From: Syntrophales bacterium
GTDB taxonomy: Bacteria; Desulfobacterota; Syntrophia; Syntrophales; UBA6807
Direction: 5' to 3'
NCBI GenBank assembly: GCA_040767195.1
Contig: JAXGPA010000002.1
Location: 288,001-352,000, forward strand
Length of the DNA: 64,000 nt
In this document: one piece after another, positions 53,058 through 61,277 of the stretch
How the letters are laid out: every line of letters starts with the position of its first letter
How positions within the stretch are numbered: position 1 is the stretch's first letter
Position numbers and translations under genes: made by a program
Notes under the pieces: model-generated
What the model saw: the letters and a program-made list of their open reading frames with translations, nothing else
Databases searched by the model: none
Told to the model about the DNA's origin: nothing

Positions 53058-54458
53058 TCAGCCCCCGGAAGGTCCCGGCCCCGTCCGCTCGACCACCCGC
53101 CGGTGGGGATCGATCAGCCTGTCGACCAGGCGCCCGGGAAAATCCCGGCGAACGGAGGGGATCCTCGTCAGAAGCATCATGAGACTGTTTTTGAGCCGCA
53201 TGCGGTACTTTTTATGGGGAAAATCATAAAAACCGTGCTTCCGGTAATACCGGTGATCCACCTGAAAGACCACGCGGAGCCGGCCCCAGATCTCGTCCCG
53301 GAAAACCTTGGACGACCCGACCCCCAGAAAGGTGGGGGGTTTCACGTATCCCCGCGCCGAAAAAGCGACGAGCCTCTCCGCCAGGGTCTCCAGAAGGCCG
53401 TCGATTTCCGCCGAATCCCCGGACTCGTCGGTGACGGTGCCGGCCAGGCTGGCCTGCTCCCACTGGGTGTAAGCCTCCAGGATTTCCCGGAGATTGCCGA
53501 TCTGGCCGAGGGGCCCCGAGATGATGACCCCGACCTGCTTTCCCGCGAGGGTCGGAATGTGGGTGTGAAAAAACCGCCGGTCCAGGAACTCCTTCCACTT
53601 CCAGGACAGGAACCGGTCCCGAACGGCACCGGCGAGAACGAGAATATCCGCCGTCATGACCCGGTTCCGATAAAAATCGATGTACCCGTCCTTTCCTTCC
53701 CAGGCGCAGACACCGTCAAGGCCGCACTGGCAGCACCCCAGGCAGCCGCCCCGGATATCCAGATCGTGGAGGTTGACCATGTCGATATCCTCCGAAAACG
53801 AAGCGGCGAAACGGCGGATCATCCCATGAAGATTGGCATCCCCCTCCCGGGCGTCCGTGAGAAGGAGGATCTTTTTGCCGCCCCTGTCGATCTTCCTCCG
53901 CCCCTCGCCGGGAACATAGTCGAAGGGTCTCGTCGAAAGGGGCGCGTAGTGCCTCGGCGCCGGCAACTTCTTTTCCATGGCCCTTAAAAAATCCTCGCCG
54001 AAGATCTCGAGACGGACCCGCTCCCGCCTCTTGAGCAGGTCGTACATGTCCGGGGAAAAAGCCCCCTGGAATCTCATCCCCAGGTCGTCGCAGACGGCGT
54101 TCAGGTAGGTATGGGCGATGTGATCGAAAAAATGGACCGACGTGGTCAGAACCGCCGCGGGCTTATCCCGAAAAGCCTCCCCGGCGCCTCTCGCAAAGAC
54201 CAGTTCGATGAAGCGCTTGTACTGGGAAGGCACCAAGGTTACATAAACGGGCGTCCCCCAGAGAACGCCGTCGGCGGTGCGGACGTCTTCCAGGATGTCC
54301 CGGAAGGTCTTCTCGTTTTTCTCGATCCCCTGGATCCTGCGGGCGATGTCCAGTATTTTCCATTCATGGCCGGGGAATTTCCTCTGCAGGTAGAAAACGG
54401 AATGCATGGTGGCGCTTTTCGTGCCCTTGGGACTTCCATTCAGGACGGTGATTTTCAT
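53058..54458 (-). CDS. Tandem flavodoxin-like NAD(P)H-dependent FMN reductase / iron-sulfur flavoprotein
   Basis: VLNGSPKG, TPVY; second domain GGCLGCCQCGLDGVC. Confidence 0.75.
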   Translation of the reverse strand: MKITVLNGSPKGTKSATMHSVFYLQRKFPGHEWKILDIARRIQGIEKNEKTFRDILEDVRTADGVLWGTPVYVTLVPSQYKRFIELVFARGAGEAFRDKPAAVLTTSVHFFDHIAHTYLNAVCDDLGMRFQGAFSPDMYDLLKRRERVRLEIFGEDFLRAMEKKLPAPRHYAPLSTRPFDYVPGEGRRKIDRGGKKILLLTDAREGDANLHGMIRRFAASFSEDIDMVNLHDLDIRGGCLGCCQCGLDGVCAWEGKDGYIDFYRNRVMTADILVLAGAVRDRFLSWKWKEFLDRRFFHTHIPTLAGKQVGVIISGPLGQIGNLREILEAYTQWEQASLAGTVTDESGDSAEIDGLLETLAERLVAFSARGYVKPPTFLGVGSSKVFRDEIWGRLRVVFQVDHRYYRKHGFYDFPHKKYRMRLKNSLMMLLTRIPSVRRDFPGRLVDRLIDPHRRVVERTGPGPSGG

Positions 54459-54666
54459 TTCTTCTCCCGTGTTGAATTATCCGCTCGCAGAACCCTGAAA
54501 AGGGTCGCCGACGGGCGATTCCGGTGGCGTCAGCGGCGGCGGCTCCCAAGGCCCTCTCTCGGGTGTTGAACGAATCCGTGACGGAGAAACGGCCAGCCGG
54601 TCAAGACGCCGCAAGGGACGGTCAATTCCGGAACGTCGCCGCTTCCCCTGTTCCGGCCCGGGACCG

Positions 54667-55497
54667 TCAGTGAAAGGGGTCGTCGTCAAGATCCCCTGCA
54701 TCGGCGAGTCCCTCCGCCATGGCAAGGGCCTCGGTAACGGCATCGTCGATGTCGTCGTCGGAGAAGGCCAGTCCGCGGAGAAGATCCATCGCCTCTCCCG
54801 GGCGTATGCCCGCAACGGCCTCTATGGCGGCGATCCGCAGGGCCTTGTCGACGTGGCGCCCCGTGACGAGCGGGGCGATCCGGGACCAGGCTTCGTCAAG
54901 GCCCCAGTTGCCGGCGGCGCGGACGGCGTGACAGAGAATGTCCGGGTCTTTCCGTGACAGCCCGTCGAGGATTTCCCGCTCGAAACCGCGGACGAAACTC
55001 ATGGAAAAAAGGGCGGTGAGCTGCCAGTCGTCGTCATGGCTCTTGTAAGCGGCGCGGACGGCATTGGCGTGCCACTTCTGGAAAGCGCGGACCGATGTTT
55101 CCAGAATCCTGCGGCGGAGCGCCGCTGGCACGGCGGCGTCGAAAAAAAGCTGCCGCAGCCGGTTTTGTATCCTGTGAATCCTGTCTGCGGAAAGCGAATC
55201 CATTTCATCGAAGTCGAGGAGATCGGCCTGCTCCAGGAAAGGCCCCAGGGAAAGGGCTGCGGCCTCCCGCAGGGCCGTCACCTCGTCCTGCCGCCCCACG
55301 ATTTCGAGGAGCGTGTCGGCCATTTCGTGGCGAAAGACGGCGCACTCGCCGGCCAGGTCAGCCGCCAGAAGCCTTTCCGAGGCATCCTCCCCGGTGTTCT
55401 TCAGGGCCTCGAGAATCCGGTCACTGTCTTCCTCTTCCCACTGCCACGACGGCAAATCCGCCAGTGACTTCAACGTGCGTTTATTCCCCCTGTTCAT
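54667..55497 (-). CDS. HEAT-repeat-like hypothetical protein
   Basis: Repeated LR.AAA..LG / AVRAAG / LRIAAIEAV helices; acidic C-terminus. Confidence 0.55.
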   Translation of the reverse strand: MNRGNKRTLKSLADLPSWQWEEEDSDRILEALKNTGEDASERLLAADLAGECAVFRHEMADTLLEIVGRQDEVTALREAAALSLGPFLEQADLLDFDEMDSLSADRIHRIQNRLRQLFFDAAVPAALRRRILETSVRAFQKWHANAVRAAYKSHDDDWQLTALFSMSFVRGFEREILDGLSRKDPDILCHAVRAAGNWGLDEAWSRIAPLVTGRHVDKALRIAAIEAVAGIRPGEAMDLLRGLAFSDDDIDDAVTEALAMAEGLADAGDLDDDPFH

Positions 55498-55839
55498 TCG
55501 CGGCCCATCCTTTTCATTACGCCATCCCCGGCGGGTTCGTGACGACCGCCAGTATGTCAAAACATTCTGTTTTTTTCCAGGCGGAATTGTCCCTGTTCCG
55601 TCCGGACCTTCGCAGATCTTTGTTTACGAGGCAAGGGGCCCGTCCCCGCACAAAGAAGGTGCAATTATTTTTCCGTTCTGTTATCACCAAAAAATCCGCG
55701 GTTTTCTTCCGGCCGTGCCGTTCCGGCGGCACGCTCCGGCGGGCCGCCGGGAAACAAAAACGGGCCGGCCGTTCTTTCGGGGATTAAGCCTCACCCGGGA
55801 AAAACGGCCCCTCCGAAAAAAACTGGAAAGGAACCGGTC

Positions 55840-56454
55840 ATGCAAACACGGACGAAAGGAATGATCCTCCTCGCCGCGGCGGCCTTTCTTGCCGCCGGCG
55901 GCACCGCCGTCTCCGGCGAGACCCGCGGGGATGCCCCCGCCGGGGAAGACATCAGGGAAATCTCCGATATCCGGGCGGTCATCGAGACCCGGCACGGCGA
56001 CATCACCCTCGCGTTTTTTCCCGACGCGGCGCCGAACCACGTGAAAAACTTCATCGATCTTGCCCGGAAGGGCTTTTACGACGGAACGACCTTTCACCGG
56101 GTGATCCCCGGCTTCATGATCCAGGGCGGCGATCCCAATACCAAGTCCCCTGACCGGAGCCGTCACGGCATGGGCGGCCCGGGGTACACCGTGAAAGCGG
56201 AATTCAACGAGCGGCCCCACAAACGGGGAACCCTGTCCATGGCCCGGGCCATGAACCCTGACAGCGCCGGGTCCCAGTTTTTCATCTGCGTCGCCGACGC
56301 GCCCTTCCTGGATCGCCAGTACACGGTCTTCGGCGAGGTGATATCGGGGATGGACGCCGTCGACAAAATCGTCGCCGAGCAAAGAGACCCCCGGGACAAT
56401 CCCCTGGAACGGGTTGAGATGACCGTCCGGGTTATTGACGGAAAAGACCGCTGA
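55840..56454 (+). CDS. Exported cyclophilin-type peptidyl-prolyl isomerase
   Basis: Signal peptide; FYDGTTFHRVIPGFMIQGGDP, GTLSMAR, SAGSQFFI, YTVFGEV. Confidence 0.93.
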   Translation: MQTRTKGMILLAAAAFLAAGGTAVSGETRGDAPAGEDIREISDIRAVIETRHGDITLAFFPDAAPNHVKNFIDLARKGFYDGTTFHRVIPGFMIQGGDPNTKSPDRSRHGMGGPGYTVKAEFNERPHKRGTLSMARAMNPDSAGSQFFICVADAPFLDRQYTVFGEVISGMDAVDKIVAEQRDPRDNPLERVEMTVRVIDGKDR

Positions 56455-56487
56455 TTCCCTTGTAAGATCCGACGTCACACCATGGAG

Positions 56488-56520
56488 GGGCGGCCCCCGG
56501 CGAGGCCGCCCTTTCCTTTT
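56488..56520 (+). terminator. Intrinsic terminator after the cyclophilin gene
   Basis: GGGCGGCC-8 nt-GGCCGCCC followed by TTTCCTTTT. Confidence 0.6.
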
Positions 56521-56624
56521 CTATCATGGAAAACCCGGCGATTGTTTTTTTCTTTTTTTTGTAGTATTGGCGGCTTTCAAAATTCAATCCGTGAAAAAAA
56601 GGATTTTTCAAAGGAAGCGGGACC

Positions 56625-57680
56625 ATGCAGATCTCCATCATCGGCAGCCCGGGATGCGGCAAAACAACCCTCTTTCAGGCCCTGACGGGCCTGTTTTCCG
56701 AAAAAAAGAACGGCGCGGACCCGTCGGCGACCATCGACGTTCCCGATGAACGCATCGAGAGGCTCGTGGACATTTTTCACCCCCGCAAAACGACCTACGG
56801 GAAGATCGCCGTGGCCGACACCGTGGCCATCGAAGAGGGGAATATCCGGAAGGAAACGATTCACCCGAAGACCCTCCAGGAAATGCGGGGGGCCGACGCT
56901 TTTCTCCTGGTGCTCCGAAACTTCAAGAACGGGAAGGCGGTGGATCTGCCGGGGGAACTCCGGACCATCCTCGACGAGTTCATCATCGCCGACATGGTTC
57001 AGGTTGAGGCCCGGCTGGAACGGATCGGCAAACAGGGCGGGAAAAAGGAAGACCCCGTTCTTCTTCACGAAGCGTCCTCTCTCCGGGAATGCCTGGACCA
57101 TCTGAGTGCCGGGAAGCCTTTGGCCACCCTCCCGCTTTTCCAGCGGGACGGCAAACACCTGAAGGGCTTCCGGTTCCTGTCGCAGAAACCCATGATGGCC
57201 GTGGTGAATTGTGATGAAGAAAAAGCGGGACGGTTCGACAGCCTGGAAGGGGACCTGAAATCCTCTCTTCCAGCTCACATTCCGCTCATGACCGCCTGCG
57301 GCAAGCTCGAGGCCGAACTCGCCCTGGTGCAACCGGGGGAACGGGCGGAATTCATGGCGGAATACGGCATCGAGGAAACCGTCGCCGGCCGGATCATCCG
57401 CCTCGCCTACCACACCCTCGGCCTTATCTCCTTCCTCACCGTGGGCGAAGATGAATGCCGCGCCTGGCCCATACGCCGGGGAATGAACGCCCAGGAAGCG
57501 GCGGGCACCATCCACACGAGCCTCTCGGACCGGTTCATTCGGGCGGAAACCGTTTCTTACGAGGATTTCATGAATTATGGCGGCTTTCCGGGCTGCCGGA
57601 AGGCCGGTACGTGGCGCCTCGAGGGGAAAAACTACATTGTCCGGGACGGCGATATACTGACCATCCGCGCCGGCAACTGA
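56625..57680 (+). CDS. YchF-like P-loop NTPase (DUF933 C-terminus), divergent
   Basis: GSPGCGKTT, VPDERI, LISFLTVGEDECRAW, AGTIHT, FIRAE, LEGKNYIVRDGD. Confidence 0.85.
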   Translation: MQISIIGSPGCGKTTLFQALTGLFSEKKNGADPSATIDVPDERIERLVDIFHPRKTTYGKIAVADTVAIEEGNIRKETIHPKTLQEMRGADAFLLVLRNFKNGKAVDLPGELRTILDEFIIADMVQVEARLERIGKQGGKKEDPVLLHEASSLRECLDHLSAGKPLATLPLFQRDGKHLKGFRFLSQKPMMAVVNCDEEKAGRFDSLEGDLKSSLPAHIPLMTACGKLEAELALVQPGERAEFMAEYGIEETVAGRIIRLAYHTLGLISFLTVGEDECRAWPIRRGMNAQEAAGTIHTSLSDRFIRAETVSYEDFMNYGGFPGCRKAGTWRLEGKNYIVRDGDILTIRAGN

Positions 57681-57833
57681 CCCACTCCCGAAAAGGCGGA
57701 CCGGCCAAGGAATCGTCCGAATCGTTCCGCCTTGCCTTCTTGTCATCGGACCCTTTCGCGCCGGGTCACCCAGCCCCCTTCGGAAACGGGAAAACAGGAA
57801 ACAAGGGTTGTCCGCGGGCCGGTCGTCTTCCCG

Positions 57834-58670
57834 TCAGAACGTAAAGGTCATCCCCGCCGCGCCGGGGACGGCCCGCTCCCCCAGTCCCTCCCGAAGCCGG
57901 GCGACGGCGGAGGGACCGGTGCAGTGGCAGGGGATCACCTGCTCCGGATCCAGCCGGCGCAGGGCGTCCACGGTCCGGTCCAGGCGGTCCCGGTTTGCGC
58001 TCACGAGATGGAATCCCCCCACGACGGCCCTGATCGGGAGGTCGCCACTCAATCGCCGGACATGGGTCAGGGTGTTCACCAGACCCCCGTGGGAGCAGCC
58101 GACGCAAAGGACAACGCCTTCACCTGTCGGGATCCAGAGAGCGAGATCATCATCGATGGCATCCACCCGGGTTCCCTTCGGGTCAAGATAGAACGGCCCG
58201 CCCGTGTCTTCCCAGCCCGTTTCCCGGGGGATGGGTCCGGTGAGGCCGACGTTTCCGGGAAGAAGAACGGACTGCTGAATCCAGCGAAGCTTTTCCGAAG
58301 GCAGCCTGTCCAGGGCCGCCATGGATTCCCGGGGCATGTGAATCGCCGTCGCCGCCCCGTTTCGGACAGCATAGCGGGGATGCACGATTCCAGGGTGTCC
58401 GTAAACCACGGCGTTCCGGGACAACCGGAGGACCCGGGAAATTCCCCCGGTGTGATCGTAGTGCCCATGACTCAGGACAATCATGTCCGTGCCGCCCAGG
58501 TCGATGCCGAGTTCCCGGGCGTTGCCTTCAAGGGTTATCCCCTGGCCCGTGTCAAAGAGAATCCGCTTTCCGCCGGCCTCTATCCACAAGGCGAGGCCGT
58601 GCTCCGCCGACAACCCCTCGGCGGCGTGATTGTCGGCGAGTATGGTGATCCTTACCTCCGATGGCATCAT
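57834..58670 (-). CDS. MBL-fold metallohydrolase (subfamily often annotated as dihydropterin-RFAP synthase-like)
   Basis: AEHGLALWIE, LFDTG, LSHGHYDHTGG, GCSH.G, GGFHL, PCHCTG. Confidence 0.85.
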   Translation of the reverse strand: MMPSEVRITILADNHAAEGLSAEHGLALWIEAGGKRILFDTGQGITLEGNARELGIDLGGTDMIVLSHGHYDHTGGISRVLRLSRNAVVYGHPGIVHPRYAVRNGAATAIHMPRESMAALDRLPSEKLRWIQQSVLLPGNVGLTGPIPRETGWEDTGGPFYLDPKGTRVDAIDDDLALWIPTGEGVVLCVGCSHGGLVNTLTHVRRLSGDLPIRAVVGGFHLVSANRDRLDRTVDALRRLDPEQVIPCHCTGPSAVARLREGLGERAVPGAAGMTFTF

Positions 58671-58745
58671 TCGAACACACCCCTGTTTTATCTTCCGGGC
58701 GCGAACCCGGGATGAAATTTCAGAAAAATTTTCGAGGACGGGCCT

Positions 58746-59006
58746 TCATTCCCCGCAGGGAGGTTTTTCGCAGCGTTCGTCCCGGCCGCAGCAGGTTCTG
58801 CCGGACCGCTCCAGTGAACAGAGACCGCCGCCCGCCGCCGGCCCCCGCGGATTCGACCCTTTGAGGATGAAACCGGCACCGCCGCTGATGAGGCGCCGGA
58901 CTGTTCCACGGCATTCCGGGCATTCTGCCAGGACGGGGTCGGTCATGGCCTGCCGGCGCTCAAAACGCAGCCCGCAATTCCCGCATTCATATTCATAGGT
59001 CGGCAT
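58746..59006 (-). CDS. FmdB-family zinc-ribbon protein with Cys-rich tail
   Basis: MPTYEYECGNCG..FE...CPEC...RLIS. Confidence 0.85.
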   Translation of the reverse strand: MPTYEYECGNCGLRFERRQAMTDPVLAECPECRGTVRRLISGGAGFILKGSNPRGPAAGGGLCSLERSGRTCCGRDERCEKPPCGE

Positions 59007-59916
59007 GATCCCGATCTCCTCCACCTTTTGTCCGGTCAGCGGCTTTCCCGCCTTTCCGGCGGGCTCCTGGCCCCGGGATCAGCGCGTGGGTCCCCAGGGG
59101 AACCCCAGCATGGGCCGCAATGACGGGGCATTTCGCCCGAAACAGGAAAAAAATGTTGTGCCCTTCCTCGCTCAGCGTTTCAAAGTTTCCCTGACCCTTG
59201 GCCAGGATCAGGTCGGCCTCGGCAAAACGGCGTCTGAATGTTTCGTGACAGTCATGGAGCACGGTCCCCGGGGCGTCGGAACCGTTGTCGATAATCTCAA
59301 CGATTTCCTCGAGACCCACCGCCAGGGCATCGGCCCGGGTGGCGTCGTTAATGACCGGGCCCCCCCGGACCGCCACGGTCACCCGTTCCGGTGACAGCTC
59401 TTCAATGAGCAGCCGGTCGAAGGCGATCTCCCCCGCGTTGTCGGCGAGATACAGAATCCGCCGGGCATCACCGACGGCCCTGCGGAACCCCTCGTGGTCG
59501 CCGTCAAAAGAATCCTCGAGGGCCTCCGCGACGGATGCGTGCACTTCCGAATCCTTCACCCCGCCTTTCACGCCCAGGTCGATGATGTTGCCCGCGATGG
59601 CAAGGCGCGCCGCCGTCATGAGGGGGTCAGCGGCGGCCGCGACCCGCTCCTTCAGTTCGTGGAAAAGACGGAGAGCCATGCGGTTCTGCCGGTCTTTCGT
59701 CACCCGGTACGGGTCTTCGCTGCCGACGATTTCCCTCAGCCGCCGGTGAATGCGCTGCCCCATGGCAGGAGCGGTCTGGTCCATGTCCATTTCGGCGGCC
59801 CAGAGCAGGACCTCCCGGAGAATACGCTCGTGTATGCCCGGGTCCGGTGATACCAGCCTGGCGGCATCCAGGGCCTGGCGGACGAAACAGGGAATGCAGT
59901 CGAGAGATATTTTCAC
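58993..59916 (-). CDS. ARMT1/DUF89 damage-control phosphatase family
   Basis: DCIPCFVRQ, DPY...K, AIAGNIIDLG, DNAGEI.FD, INDAT, KGQGNFETL, KCPVIA. Confidence 0.88.
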   Translation of the reverse strand: MKISLDCIPCFVRQALDAARLVSPDPGIHERILREVLLWAAEMDMDQTAPAMGQRIHRRLREIVGSEDPYRVTKDRQNRMALRLFHELKERVAAAADPLMTAARLAIAGNIIDLGVKGGVKDSEVHASVAEALEDSFDGDHEGFRRAVGDARRILYLADNAGEIAFDRLLIEELSPERVTVAVRGGPVINDATRADALAVGLEEIVEIIDNGSDAPGTVLHDCHETFRRRFAEADLILAKGQGNFETLSEEGHNIFFLFRAKCPVIAAHAGVPLGTHALIPGPGARRKGGKAADRTKGGGDRDHADL

Positions 59917-60016
59917 GTTTTGCCCATGGCCTTCGCTGAAGAAGTCGCACCAGGGGGAAGCGGCCGGACCAATTTCTTATTCAGCACGGCCGCCACACCC
60001 GTGATTCATTAAAAAA

Positions 60017-60424
60017 TCAGGCTTCACGGCCTGCTTCCACCTCGTCGAGGCGTTTTTTCACGGCGTCAAGCTCCGCCTGGAGGACTTCGGCCTGGGTTTT
60101 CAGCGCCTGCCTCTCCTGTTCCGGATCGGGGTCCTGCCAGGGCGCCGGGTACCCGTAAGGCGCGGCGTACCCGCCGTATGCCGGCCCGCCGGGGAAACCG
60201 GCACCGTAAAACCGGCTGTGCCAGCCCCAGCCGCCGCCAAACCCGCGGCCGAATCCACGGCCGAATCCACGGCCGAATCCACGACCACCTCCGAAACCCA
60301 TCCCGAACCCGCGTCCGGGACCAGGATTCACGTATCCCGGAACACCGAATCCGGCACAATACCCGGCGGCCCGTCCCGTCCTCGGACCCAGGCCGGCCGG
60401 TCCTGTTCTATCTCCTCTTGGCAT
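60017..60424 (-). CDS. DUF5320-family glycine-rich protein with C-terminal coiled coil
   Basis: MPRGDRTGP.GLGPRTGRAAGYCAG, GRGF repeats, LKTQAEVLQAELDAVKKRLDE. Confidence 0.85.
   Translation of the reverse strand: MPRGDRTGPAGLGPRTGRAAGYCAGFGVPGYVNPGPGRGFGMGFGGGRGFGRGFGRGFGRGFGGGWGWHSRFYGAGFPGGPAYGGYAAPYGYPAPWQDPDPEQERQALKTQAEVLQAELDAVKKRLDEVEAGREA
60243..60283. repeat. 12-bp tandem repeat (about 3.5 copies of CCACGGCCGAAT) encoding GRGF repeats
   Basis: ccgcggccgaat ccacggccgaat ccacggccgaat ccacg read directly from the sequence. Confidence 0.85.
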
Positions 60425-60470
60425 GATTGTTTCCTCCTCTCATATCTTTTTTTTACACTCGTTCACTTTT

Positions 60471-61094
60471 TTACTCCCTCATGAGGGCGGTGCCGCAATT
60501 CGGGCAGGTTCGCTCGACGCAGGGCAACCCCCGTGCGTGAGGCTCCCGGTGTCCGCACTGCGGACAGACGCAATATCCTGAAGGCCCCGCTGCCAGGGGA
60601 CCGCCCATCCGGCCGGGCCGCCGGCCTCCCGGGCCCTGACCTCTGCCGCCGCCTGCGCCCTGGGCGCCTCCGCCTCCAGGGCCCATTCCACGACCTCTTC
60701 CTCTCATGGTACTCACCTCCTCGTAAACAGCATGTGCCCCCCTGAATCGCCGCCCCCGCCCCTGGCATCCCGGCATGGCGAAGACGCCGGCGCCGAGCCG
60801 GCCCCGTTGCCAGGCTTCGATAACCTCTTCCAGGTTACCGGCCATGAAGGGTATGACCCGGATGCCGTAGGCGGTGACAAGTCCGTGCATGGGCCTCGAA
60901 ATGGCGCCGCACACCAGGGTGCCGATTCCGAGTTCAACGAGCCGGAGGGCCTTCTGAACCATCAGCTCCTGGAAAATCCTTTCCTCCGTCTCGGCGACGA
61001 TCCGCCCGGACCGGGTCTCGACCACGCGAATCCGACGGGCCGTGTCAAAAACAGGGGCGATGCGATGATCCCAGTGGGGAAATGCCGTTTTCAT
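60471..61094 (-). CDS. NifB/NifX-family (FeMo-cofactor-binding-like) domain fused to a Gly-rich linker and Cys-rich metal-binding domain
   Basis: RIAPVFDTA, LVCGAIS, FMAG, AMPGC; C-terminal CVCPQCGHREPH.RGLPC...CPNCG. Confidence 0.8.
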   Translation of the reverse strand: MKTAFPHWDHRIAPVFDTARRIRVVETRSGRIVAETEERIFQELMVQKALRLVELGIGTLVCGAISRPMHGLVTAYGIRVIPFMAGNLEEVIEAWQRGRLGAGVFAMPGCQGRGRRFRGAHAVYEEVSTMRGRGRGMGPGGGGAQGAGGGRGQGPGGRRPGRMGGPLAAGPSGYCVCPQCGHREPHARGLPCVERTCPNCGTALMRE

Positions 61095-61129
61095 TTCTCG
61101 CTTCCCGGTCTGCCTTTGCTTTTTTATAT

Positions 61130-61145
61130 TGCCAAAACCGTGCCA
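61130..61145 (-). promoter_or_regulatory. sigma54 (-24/-12) promoter
   Basis: TGGCACGGTTTTGGCA with correct GG-N10-GC spacing, about 35 bp upstream of the NifX-family start. Confidence 0.7.
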
Positions 61146-61277
61146 AGAGGGCATGTCGACGACAGCGTAACACATCTACTTGATTATATTAGGAATAATA
61201 CGAGTGAAGGGAGAAGGGCGAAACATCTTACCGTTGCTTTTATGCACCTTTATATCTAATATACAGGTGCAGTACCG

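Noticed and set aside
54465..54570. Imperfect direct repeat TTCAACAC..GAGA upstream of the flavoprotein gene
   Set aside because: Only two short copies with no clear promoter context or riboswitch match; could be chance
60243..60283. Short tandem repeats considered as a CRISPR array
   Set aside because: 12-bp units with no spacers, lying in frame within DUF5320; no cas genes in the window
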